This document shows, one piece after another, positions 1-11,300 of a stretch of 64,000 nucleotides of DNA. The stretch lies in the NCBI GenBank assembly GCA_041649575.1, contig JBAZMW010000003.1:122102-186101 (forward strand). Reading direction: 5' to 3'. This DNA comes from Patescibacteria group bacterium. GTDB lineage: Bacteria; Patescibacteriota; Patescibacteriia; 2-01-FULL-39-33. A program made the translations under genes and the position numbers. Below the pieces are notes generated by a model. That model was given only the letters and a program-made list of their open reading frames with translations, made no database searches and had not been told where the DNA came from. How positions within the stretch are numbered: position 1 is the stretch's first letter; each line of letters opens with the position of its first letter.

Positions 1-29
1 GAACAAAATTTGTGTTCAATTCTATTTTC

Positions 30-503
30 TTATTTTTTAATCACTCTTTTAAAAATCTTCTCTTCAAAAACAGACATCTTTTGAGCCGTGTGGGCACTCA
101 CCCCCTCGTGTTCAAAGCTAAACAAGTGAGCTACTCCATGAATAATCAACCGAATTAACTCTTGGTTTAATGTTGTTTTAAATTCCCGAGCCTGCTTCTT
201 GGCTTGCGAGACACAAACGACAACTTCTCCTAAATATCCTTGGTCATCGGGTGTGGTTATAAAATTCTGGCTTTGATCGGAAAAACTTAAAACGTCGGTT
301 GTTTTATTTTGTCCACGGTAATTTCCATTCAACTGTCTTATAGTGCGTGGCCCGACAAAAGCCAAGGAAAAATATTTTTTTTTATTTAATCGTAACTCTT
401 TAGCGAAGGCCAAGACAATCAACCTGATCTGCCTGTCTGGCAAAGAGAGCTTGACTTGTTTGTTTACTTCCGCAAATAGCATCATACAAAAACCGATTAA
501 CAT
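30..503 (-). CDS. ybeY: endoribonuclease YbeY (rRNA maturation factor)
   Basis: 157 aa with metal-binding motif HGVAHLFSFEHEG (HxxxHxxxxxH), typical of YbeY; last gene of the long minus-strand operon. Confidence 0.8.
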   Translation of the reverse strand: MLIGFCMMLFAEVNKQVKLSLPDRQIRLIVLAFAKELRLNKKKYFSLAFVGPRTIRQLNGNYRGQNKTTDVLSFSDQSQNFITTPDDQGYLGEVVVCVSQAKKQAREFKTTLNQELIRLIIHGVAHLFSFEHEGVSAHTAQKMSVFEEKIFKRVIKK

Positions 504-509
504 GGAAGT

Positions 510-1604
510 CTAGCTATTAATATTCTCGGGGGTCGAAGAGGAGGTTTCGTTAGTGGTTGGTGTGGTGGCTAACGGTTTAAAACTTTTCACAATCATCTGA
601 AAAAGCGTGGGGTAGCGGAATTCGGCGTCATCAGACATAATGTATTCAAAAGAATATATTTTGGTTCTTTCATCATCGGCTAAATAAACCTTTAATTCAT
701 CGGGAGAAACTATCCCTTCCAAATCACCAACCTTGAGAAGCGACAGCTGGCTCAAATTGACCTGCGGATTTGCCTGGGCATACCAGTTAACGGCGGACAA
801 ACGATCTGGGTTTTCCCTGACTGACACCCTGATTATTTCTCCGGTTTTGGTGGTGATTAAAATTTGACGCGAGGCCTCTATAACATTACCTGACCAGTTT
901 TTGGGCGCTAAAATCTGAAAATTATCCTGGGGAAAGCTGCTAGCCACCACCTGAATGAAGCTGGCGAGTGACAATTTGGCGGCACCGCCGGACTTGAGGG
1001 GATCGTAGCCGTTAACGAGCTCCGAACCATCGAGATAGCTATCCTTATCGGTATCCGGCAGACTGGGACTAGTGCCAATGGCATTTTCTTCCAAATCAGT
1101 CAAACCATCGCGATCTGAATCGCTGCTAACGGGTGGCGGGTTAAGCGAAATAGTTTCGTTGGTATTGTTATTTTTGTTGTTGGTATTTATATTATTATCA
1201 ACATTGGCATTAATTTCACCATTAAGATTGGTTTCTATGTTTTCATTAGCTGCCTCATTAAGATTGCTAGTATTATTATTTTCATTACCATTGCCAAGGC
1301 CGGAGTTAAGGCTGTTGGTATTGATAATAATGTTGCTGTTGGTATTAGTATTAGTATTAACTACGGCCAGAGGCTTGGCTTGATTGCGCTGCCACAAATC
1401 ATAGAAAAAATAAGTGGCCGAAACAGCAACAACGATAATTAAAACAATAAAAACTATTACTAATTTTTTGCCGGACGATCTGTTTTGCAGCGGATGGAAT
1501 TTCTGCGGCATAACGTAGATATCCTGGCTGGGCGGTGTTGCTGACGGTGCTGGATTAGTATTAATTGACTGACTGACTGCTTTTTGTTTTTTAGAACCAA
1601 ACAT
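510..1604 (-). CDS. bitopic membrane protein with Asn-rich linker and thrombospondin type-3-like Ca-binding repeats (DSDRDGLTDLEE.., DTDKDS..NGYDPLK)
   Basis: N-terminal approx 45 aa, a single TM helix (LVIVFIVLIIVVAVSATYFFY), an N/S-rich low-complexity stretch, DxDxDG-type acidic repeats ending in NGYDPLKSGG, then a C-terminal approx 180 aa domain. It lies 7 nt upstream of ybeY. Confidence 0.6.
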   Translation of the reverse strand: MFGSKKQKAVSQSINTNPAPSATPPSQDIYVMPQKFHPLQNRSSGKKLVIVFIVLIIVVAVSATYFFYDLWQRNQAKPLAVVNTNTNTNSNIIINTNSLNSGLGNGNENNNTSNLNEAANENIETNLNGEINANVDNNINTNNKNNNTNETISLNPPPVSSDSDRDGLTDLEENAIGTSPSLPDTDKDSYLDGSELVNGYDPLKSGGAAKLSLASFIQVVASSFPQDNFQILAPKNWSGNVIEASRQILITTKTGEIIRVSVRENPDRLSAVNWYAQANPQVNLSQLSLLKVGDLEGIVSPDELKVYLADDERTKIYSFEYIMSDDAEFRYPTLFQMIVKSFKPLATTPTTNETSSSTPENINS

Positions 1605-1633
1605 AGAAAAGTTAATAATAATTAATCATTTAA

Positions 1634-2380
1634 CTATTGGGGAACCTGAAAGAGGCGGGCGCCGCCGGTCTTTAGAGGGTCGTAACCGTTAATCACTTCC
1701 GAACCATCACTAAAGCCGTCTCCATCGGTGTCTTTATTTAAGGGGTCGGTTTTATAAATACTGACTTCGGCCCGATCAATCAGACCATCGCTGTCGGTAT
1801 CAATTTTATTGGGGTCGGTGCCTAATTGTTTTTCCTCATCATCGGACAAACCGTCACCATCACTGTCTTGAGGCGGAAGTGGGGCGTTAGTGTTAACAGC
1901 CGAACCATTGACGTTGGAGTTGGCATTGGTGTTGGAGGGGGCTGAAGCACTATTGGTATTAACGGTTGCGTTGACGCTGGAACTGGGGTTAGCATTCTGA
2001 TTACTGACAGGCAAGTTGTTTTTCAGAAAGCCTAAACTTGGCTTGAAAAAAACTAAAGATAAAAAAACGCCGATACCAATTACAACTAGTATTAAAATCA
2101 CCAACAAAAAAATAAATAATTTGTTACTCCAGATCGAGCGGCCGCCATAAATGTCTCCCAGCTGGCTTTCTTTTATGGGCAACCGGCTCACCTGCCCTGG
2201 CTGAATCGGCCTGGTGACAATCGGCCTGGTAACTGGCTCACTTTTACTGAAAATGTCATCGACCAAAGAGTCGCCGGGCGGGACTGGCCGATTGGCCGCA
2301 GCTGGCCGCGGCGGCAAAGTCGGCGACAGATTTTCGGAAGCACCAGAGCTTCTGGGCGTTTGCGGTGGCTGATCAAACAT
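1634..2380 (-). CDS. bitopic membrane protein, Pro-rich N-terminus, thrombospondin type-3-like Ca-binding repeats (paralogous architecture to 510..1604)
   Basis: Pro-rich cytoplasmic N-terminus, TM helix LFIFLLVILILVVIGIGVFLSLVFF, Asn-rich linker, repeats DSDGDGLSDDEE / DTDSDGLIDRAE / DTDGDGFSDGSE, and it ends NGYDPLKTGG. Confidence 0.6.
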   Translation of the reverse strand: MFDQPPQTPRSSGASENLSPTLPPRPAAANRPVPPGDSLVDDIFSKSEPVTRPIVTRPIQPGQVSRLPIKESQLGDIYGGRSIWSNKLFIFLLVILILVVIGIGVFLSLVFFKPSLGFLKNNLPVSNQNANPSSSVNATVNTNSASAPSNTNANSNVNGSAVNTNAPLPPQDSDGDGLSDDEEKQLGTDPNKIDTDSDGLIDRAEVSIYKTDPLNKDTDGDGFSDGSEVINGYDPLKTGGARLFQVPQ

Positions 2381-2390
2381 AAATTAAAAT

Positions 2391-5300
2391 TTAATGACAA
2401 AAATCGGCTGTATTTAATCCGCCAAAAATATTGGCGTTATCGGTATTTTTATTTATTAACTCTACACTAGACCAAGCGGGAAGCCATTTTGTGCCATCTT
2501 TATTATATTCTCCGTTGGCAAAGATATTTTTCTTCTTGCCGATTAATCCATCGATCGGATCTTTCAGGACATAATAACTATAAACATAGGCGTCGGTTGG
2601 GCACTGCATTTTTTTGTTTATTTTGTCCCAACAAGTGGCTGGATCATAATCACCGGCACAGCCCTCTAGTTTGTTAAGCGGATCGGCCGGCAGAGCTTTG
2701 CCTAGAGCATTGGCCAGAGTGGCCTGCCAAGAAGGCCAAACGCTATAAGTACGATTAACCACATAAGTACCGGAAAGTAAAGGCGGGTAGTAATTGCCGC
2801 AACTAGCTCCGCCATAGCAACTAAAACTATTATAACATAATTTTTGATGATCGTTGGCGCAACGTTTCTGATTATAATAATTATCGAGTAATAAATTAAA
2901 TTCTTGGATATCGCTAATCCGTTTGGCGTCACGAGTTAGTTTGGCCTTATCCGACGAGCAATAACCAAAACCGCCCTTGGAACACTGGTTATCGACTAAG
3001 CATTTTTTACTATTATCCTTACTGCAGGAACCAAACCTATCCTGCAAACCACCATTAATATCGGCTGTCACGCCAGCGTTGAGCTGAAAATTATTAACCA
3101 GCTGTTTATAAATCTCTTTGGTATCGCCACTGGCGTCTTGGCTATAAGAAACTAAGTAAATACTGGTGTAAATATTATTGGCATTATTGTCTAAATCAGC
3201 GCCAGCGACATAAGTGGTTCTGCCCTCACTAACAGCCTGATAACCGTCAACCGTTAAGCTCTTGGGCTGCCCTTGTTTTTTGGGATCAAAGGTCTGTTGA
3301 TACCAGACTAAGGGAGAATAATGATTGGGGTTCTTGATTACTCTTAAACCGATGGCGTCGCTGGCATCTTCAAAAGAATAATAAGAAATTAATCCGTCGT
3401 CGTCGGTTTGTGGCTCGGCTTTGTTATAAATTTTTACCTCGTCGATATAGCCTTGCCACATACCCTGATCGGCAGTGTCAGCCCGATGACCAATCCTAAA
3501 AGGAACACCGGCCTGGTAAGCGACGCCAGAGATGATGTTGTTTTCTTCTTTGGCTACCTGAATGCCGTTAATAAAAATTTTTAGATATTTTCCGGGCTTA
3601 AAAGCAGCCGTGATTTTCACCCATTTATTGCCGTAATCCCTAAAAAAATTATCGTATTTAACCAACGAGGTATTGCCGCTAGCGTCGAAAACAATGAAAT
3701 CAAGACTGTCTTCTTGGCCAATGGCCTTACCCAGCAGCCAGCCGCGCTCAAGCCTGGGATTTGAATTCCAATAATAGTTGCCAGCTATAACCCTGCCGGC
3801 ACCCAATGAGGCTTCACTTAAATTAACTAAAGCGCTAACCGTTAATTCGCCAGTGATGGCGTTAAAAGGGTTGGTCGGATTGCCGCTCGCATCTATGGCT
3901 GTCAAATAATCGGCAGTGCGACCCAAAAATTTAGCCGCCCGGCCTTGTTCGCCGGTAACCAATTCGACACTGCCCAGTATTGCCAAATTATTAAAACCGA
4001 CCCGATCCTTGACTTGCAGAGGATTGTCCTTGTTGGTCAATAAAAATTCTTTGATGATGTCTTCCCGTCCAGAAATCGCTACTCGATTAAGAGAGGGTAA
4101 ATCATCAACCAGTGCGGCTTCGCCTCGGTCACGGCAATAGTAGGTTTCGAAATTAGTAATGGGAGTGGCGGCGGGAATGCTGGCACTGCCTATAAAATCA
4201 CGAAAAGGGAAATCGCCGATTTGGGGCCAGGGGTTGTCGCAAATAAAGACACGTTCGAAAACACTGGTCGCCGCCGAGCCGGCGCCGGAAACAACTCCGC
4301 TGGCCGTCACTCTAACAGCAGTGCTGCCATTAACGGTATTATTACCATAAGCAGTGACAAAAACGCTTTGAAAACCCTCTACCGTTTGATTCCAATCAGC
4401 TATTTGGGGAGAAGAACTATTATCAACAGCCAAAAGTCTCGGACCGACTATTTCCCACTTATAATTAGCGTTTAAAATGTGATTGCCGGTAACATCGGCT
4501 GCCTTGGCCCAATAAAAATGTTGGTTACCAACCAAGTTAGCGGCTTGATACTGGGCTGGATAATTCGTGTTCCAGTTGGCAGAAACATCGTCGTCTAGTA
4601 GATCTTCCGATGTATTTTTGCCACAATCATCGCCTTTACAGAAAAAAGTGTCATCGGTAACAGGGCCCTTAAATTCTACGGGCGGCTGGGCATAAACAAA
4701 AACTTTTTCAACTCGGCAATATTCCTGATTCAAAGTATGAAAAGTAAACAACTTGTCACCACTCATAGACACGCCCCACTGGCTTAAGACGCCCCGACGG
4801 CTTCCGTCTCCAGTATCACCATCGCCATTAACCCAAACCACGTAATCTTTATTTTTATCAAGCAGTCTTTGTGGGGTAATCAAAAGATGGGTGGCGCCAC
4901 CAAGATTAACAGCGCTGGCTTTTATGGGAATGAGATCGGTGGGATTGGCTTGCGCCGGAAGTCCCTGGCCGAACAGTTTGGCTAAAACATTTCCCGCCTT
5001 GAGAAGAAAACGAGCCAAAAAATTATTTTTACCAAGACCAAAAATGTTCAAGCCGCTAGGCACAGGGCTTTCATATAAACGGACATTGAGATTGTTCCAC
5101 TCCCCGGAAAGCGTTGACATGGTGGTGGTGGTTAGACTTTCCATGTCCATATTAATATTACTACCATCGGCAGCGGTAAATTTAATGTCTATAACCTCGT
5201 TGGGGCAAATATTGGTTGGGCTAATGGGGGTTGCTATAGGTCGCCAGTGACAGCAACAATCCTTGCCAACGCCCTTATTATTTATATCGGAACAAACATT

Positions 5301-8300
5301 GTCTAAATCGCGCTCGCCGCCGGTATTACAAAAAGAGCACTGCACTTCAAGTTCACCACAATCACCCGTATCACCACAAGATTTTCCCCCGCTAATTTTG
5401 GCCGTGATATATTGAATTAAACCATCGGTAATGCTGTCTAGGGCTTTATAATTGGCTCCCCAAGCCAAGGGATGACCGCCGGCGGCGCAGGTTAAATTGT
5501 TACGAACAGCATCTGGCGGCAAATATTTATCAATACTATAATAAGTTCCTAGCGGCCGATTCCAGGTTCCCCAGCTCCAATTGTAGCAGATGGGGCTCAA
5601 GAGCTGACCCTCTTTGTTACAGGCGCTGGAGGCGGAGTAAGGATTAGCCCAATGAGCTTGCGGTAAAACGCCAACACTATTGATGATTAACTTTTGGGGG
5701 AGCACCTGGACTCTGCCAACCTCGCAAGGCTTGTCTAGGGTTTTAAATCGCCAAGAGTAGCTATCGGGTTGGCCGGTTTCAACTTTACCATTACCACAGA
5801 CAGCGCCGGAAGCAGAGCCGGTGCGCAAACAAGTTGGACCACAGCCATCGCCACCGGTTGTATTGCCATCATCGCAGCTCTCGCCGCTTTCTATTTTGCC
5901 GTTACCACAAATTGGGGCGTTGGGTCTAGAGCCGGCCGGCCGGCCGCTTTCTGGCAAACACTTGGAGTCACATCCGTCTCCAGAACTGGTATTGCCGTCG
6001 TCACAACCCTCGCCGGTTTCTATTTTTTTATTGCCACAAAGTGAGCCATATTTTTGATTAGCGCCTTCTAGTTTACAGTCAACGCCACAGCCATCGTCAC
6101 CGGTTGTATTGCCATCATCGCATTCTTCTATTCCTGCTTTAACCAAGCCATCGCCGCAGGAAGCGGTATTATTATTGCCAAGATTATGGCAAGTGGTATC
6201 ACAATAATCAACGGCGTTATTACTGTCGGTATCGGAACATTGTTTAAATCTGCCGCCGGAGATGTTGCATAAATCACTGGCTGGGTTCAAAAGACAATTA
6301 TCAGTACAAACTCCTGAAACCGTATTCCAGGGGTAAGCATTTTTATCACAGTCTTCGCCTCTACCGCCAGTGACGTAATTTAGAGAAGCTAGTTGCTTGC
6401 CGTTCCAAGCTATGACGCCGTCTGCACCGCCCTTCACCACCACCCGATAAGTACTGGTCGAATCAAGAAGGTCTCCGCCCGATCTGGTTAATCTGATGTT
6501 TTTAGTATAACGTTGACTGCCGGCGGTCGGTTCGGTGATTGTTAAACTTTGTTCTCCCCCGACCGCTCCCTCCTTAAATAGAATGATATCGTCATTAGCC
6601 AAGAAAGTGTTCATGTCCACATCAAGACTAAAATCCAAACCAACAACACTATTAGTACAAATGCCTTCAGAAATATAATTAGGATTAACTCCACTATTAT
6701 CGCAAGAAGGGTATCTACTGGTGATTCTTAAATTTTCAAAACCGATGAACAACTGCCCGAAACCCCACCTATCGCCGCAATTACTATCATTCCAAGAGCA
6801 GTCCTGATCGCGAGTATTTTTGGCTCTAGCCTTAATGTTGGTGTCTCCTTCGGTTTTGGCGAAAACCTTAGTCGTATTAACGGCGGGGTCGGCATAGCCA
6901 TCACAACTGGTGGCGTCTTTATTGCAAATACCGGCTACCGCAATACCGGTGCCGCCAGTGCTGTTGGTTTCTTGAGAATCGTCAGCCAGCTTGATAAGCG
7001 AACGCCAATTCCAAACGTAAGAAGCCGGATTTAAAATGTTACAATTGGCTGCTTGGGGCCAAGCCTTGTAAATTTGCGTGTCGTCGGTAAGGGGCATAAA
7101 CTTTAGATGCGGATTAACGCTGACACTATTTATTTTGCCTAATTGATTGCCGGTTTTAAAAATCCAATAATAATCATCTTGACCGTCGCCAGCCGTTTGA
7201 CCCGAAGGGATATAATCCCAACCGGTCCTTACCTCTTCATTGAAACTGTTGTCAGTCATTAATATCCCTTCACTAAGGCCACTAGCCGCTTCTCCTCGAA
7301 CACCATTTTCGCCACCTAAAATAATTATCCGATACCAAGTAAACGCGTCAAAATTACTACTGGGCGTTATTACCACGCCTTCTGGCAAACCGTGCTCGTT
7401 TAACAGGTTTAGGCGATTAATTATTTCTTCACGAGTCAGACCGCTGGCATCTATTTCCGGGCTGTAAGAAAAAATATCTATGCTTGATAAATTAACTTCT
7501 TCATCGCAACCAGAAACGTTGAATTCTGTTTCCGAACCGCATTTTTGCAAAATAAAACTACCGGCAACAAGCGAACCATTAAACATGTTTTTACTAAAAC
7601 GAACGCCTAGCATCGCATTTATATAAGCGTCGCGAGAATTAGGCCAAGGCGTGGGGCTTTGGATGTTGCCGCTACTGCAATTATCATCCTCCACAATATA
7701 AGGATTGGTAAAATCGATGTGGGCTTCACAATAATCATTCTTGCCCGCGCTATTTAAAGAGGCGATCACTTTGGTAAACTTGGGATTATCGTGCATGGTT
7801 TCATTAAGAGCGAGGCCTTTTTCTTCAGCCCCGACCCTATCGTCTAACTGGACCCGGTTGCTGGTGTCTGTACTCCAGGACCAGGAATAACTATTAGGAT
7901 TTAGAATCAGGCAGGCGTTGTCAGCGCTGTCCAAATTAGCGCTGTAATTTGTCTCGGCCGCTGGCCAATACATCCAAGAAGGATCGGGCGAGCATTCCAC
8001 ACAACCTTCCGGGCAAATTTTATCAGAATCGTCATCGGCCCTGGTTTCAAAATTCCAACAATAAGCCGCATTATTGGTATTGCCACCGCCATAATTAACT
8101 TTGCAAAAACGGTCTTCTGCCCTGGCCGAAGCTGCCGTCTCATCCTTTATAACCTTTCCCGCTTCGCTGGAAATACCTTGTAACAAAACAACCTTATACC
8201 AGGAACCGGGATCGAGATTGGTAGTCGGAGTAAAAACAAAATAATCTTTATTGCGGTCATTGTTGTCAGTCTTTACCTTTAAAGCGCCGCTGGTAACCCG

Positions 8301-11300
8301 AACGCAAGAACTCCCCTCACGATTATTGCACTTTAAAACCACTAACCTGCTCTGAGCCGGATTAGTGCAGGTATAAATTCCAGCTTCTTCGGTAAAGTTA
8401 TTATCACCGCAGAAAGACGCAACCCTAACCCCCACATCGAAACGAGCGGAAATAACAGCATTCAAACAGGCTTGAGGGTTTTTGACGCCAGGATGCTCAA
8501 GTGTCCAGCCATCGCTCCAAGGAGTTGGGCTTCCCAAGCGAGAACCGAGAGAGCAACTAAGGCCACGCTGACACTCTTCAACAACATACAGATCGTCATA
8601 AATAATATTTCCACCGAATAGAAAGGACCAAGCATAAATGCCTTGAGTGGCCGAATAAGAAGGCCATTTGCCGCCGCAAGCCGAACAATCAGCTTTACAG
8701 CTACTGCTACAGGCGGCTTGGCAACCGACTTGATTACATTGTTTGTTGACTCTAAACAAATCGCCGTCGCATTCTTCTGGCCAGTCTATTCGGCCATTAC
8801 CACAAAGATTCTCTACTGGAGGAACAAAATTAGTAGTGCTGAAAGCCCAGCCAAACAGAGCCTGGGTGGCCGAACCCCACCCTTCGCTACGAGAACAATT
8901 TTTGATTAAACGACAACTGCTGTCACAACTAACGGTGCCAGCGGTAAATCCCAACGACTTACAGGTGGTATTGTTTAAATTAGCACCGTCGCATTCCTCT
9001 CCGGAATCAATAATTCCGTCATGATCGCAGGCAGTTATAACTTCACAGGTGCAACTGGTGGTATTACAAGTCAATCCCGATCGGCAGATAGAGACATTGG
9101 GGTTACAGGTGTCGCCAAGAACCCAACCACAGGGCTGACCAACGGCTCCAGAACTTAAAAGAAACAGATAATGATTGCTGAATTCTGCGCCATTATAGAC
9201 GCTGACGTCGGCCCAACCAATTTTATTGGCTGGGACGGTTTCGGTTATTTTCAGGCTGGCCCAATTGGGCTGGGTGACGCCAGAAGGAGAGGTGGTGACA
9301 TTGGCAAAAGACCAAGCGTTAGTGTTTTGATTCCATTCTTTAAGATACCAAATTAAATTTTGAGCGACAGCCGTTGCCAGAGGAAAATTAACACCATAAA
9401 TATCGGTATTGTCAGCGGCACCGGTGGCGTTAGGGTTAGCGCCATAACCAGGCTGCATTAAACAGATACTGGGCCGGACTCGACTATTAACGTTAAAATC
9501 ATTAATAAGCGGTCCTAGATAATTATTGGTTACATCGGTATAGCCAAATTCATTTTTGACCCTGATCGGGCCACTAACGGCCTCTGGAGGCACGGCAATA
9601 ATAATCTGATTGTCAACCCAGGTGCTTTCACATTTGTTGTTTAATTCTGAAGGAAATTTACCAAGCTTATCGTCGGCATCATCACAGGGATCGCCGTTAC
9701 CGTCGGTATCAGCACCACAGAAACGAACTTCCCCTTGAGTGGGCATTCTGGCAAAAATAAAATCGTCTAAATACAGATTGGTGCCGTTGGCTCCGGTTTG
9801 GCTATCGGCAATATTAAAGATTAATAAGCGATGAGGGTTGCCATTACGATCCTTTAAACGATCTATTTCTGAAGTATAAGTAAAAATAGCTTCGTATTCC
9901 TGCCAGTTGGTATAATTGCCAGCCACCAGCGCGGTAAGAGTCTGTTGGTTGAACGGTTTGGTCTGTATGGGACTGTTCACGCAACAATTAGAAGTGCTTT
10001 CTGTACATCCGCAACGGCCAGGATTGCTCGCACAGTAAACACCCCCCTGAAGAACGCAATTATTATCGGTGTAAACTCCAGCCATTGCCTTGGGCCAAGA
10101 CTGGGAAGCCCAATCATCGGCGCTATAAGCGATTTTGACACTTGCATTTCTGTCTAAAATGCCTTTGTATTTAAATCTTAAAATATACTTATCGCCCAGA
10201 TTAAAATCTAAACTGGAAATATCATAATAAAAAGAGACGTAATTATTGGTGTAGTGATAAGGCCAGTCGATTAAACTGCCATTATTAAACTTACAGGCGT
10301 GATTGGCGGCCGAGCAACCCATGGGTTGATCAGGAAAATCACATATATTGTTTACACTGTCCCACTCACAGCCACGATTAACACCACCGATGACATTTCT
10401 TTTATAAGGATAGGATAAATAAACTCCTACGCCGTTACACAGATCCTCACTACATCTCACCTGATTGACCTGCCAGTTGTTGGGCGGTTCATTGGCAGAA
10501 CGCCAAATTTTAACACTTTTAGAACCGGAAAAATATTCTTCATCCGAGATGCCAACGGTTGAACGAGATTTGGTCAATTTATACCAGTCGGGCGGCAATC
10601 CTCCAAGAGAACCTGCCTCAAAATCAACGTAGGTTAGGGTATTTACTAAGAGTGAACCGATCTGGGAAAAATTTTTTCCCAAGATAGAAATAAAATTATT
10701 AGGAGCGCCATTGGGGAGATCATCAGACCAGGTAGCGGGATCGTATCTACTGCTATCACCTTGGGGGTCATCGGCGGGAGAAAGATAGTTGATAATCGGA
10801 GGTTCGACACACTTACAGCTCCCGTCCCAGCAATCATAATGACAAATATCATCGTCGGGCTGACAAGCGGCCAGATTTCTATCGGCATCGCAATCAACTC
10901 CGGCACAAGCACCGCAATAATTGGTTCCCAGGATTTTTGGATCACCCCCGCAATCAATTCCCTCTTCACCTTGGCCGGCATCGCGAGTCCCATTACAACA
11001 ATGACCGGGCCTAACGGTAAAAGACTTGGTATTTTCAGCACTGTTGCTGTCATGATCATAGGCCTTGGCTTTTATTTGCACCCGCTCGCCAACATCGACA
11101 CCACTGGCGTTCCAATTGACTTGAGCGACTATTGGCGCGCTGCTGTTGGTATCGACCGGATCAGTGCCTATGGCCTGACTGTTGGCAAAAAAATCTACAT
11201 AAGCCACGCCAGCATCGTCGCTAGCTATGGCTCTAATATTATTAGTCCCCGCCCAATAGCTGTCAGGCTTGCAAATGGAACCGGGCTGAACTCTAACCGT

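Noticed and set aside
1072-1383. 103-aa plus-strand ORF made of Leu/Ser repeats
   Set aside because: It is antisense to the Asn-rich low-complexity region of the 364-aa gene, a mirror-image low-complexity artefact.
2188-2400. 70-aa ORF overlapping the start of the 248-aa gene
   Set aside because: Same strand, different frame, fully overlapping a better gene. Composition is Arg/Leu/Pro-rich nonsense.
5769-6100. Tandem DNA repeats of about 90 bp (and a 2x108-bp repeat at about 42366-42590) checked as possible CRISPR arrays
   Set aside because: The repeats are in-frame coding repeats (Cys-rich and Pro/Ala-rich protein repeats). There are no unique spacers, and no cas genes are present in the window.
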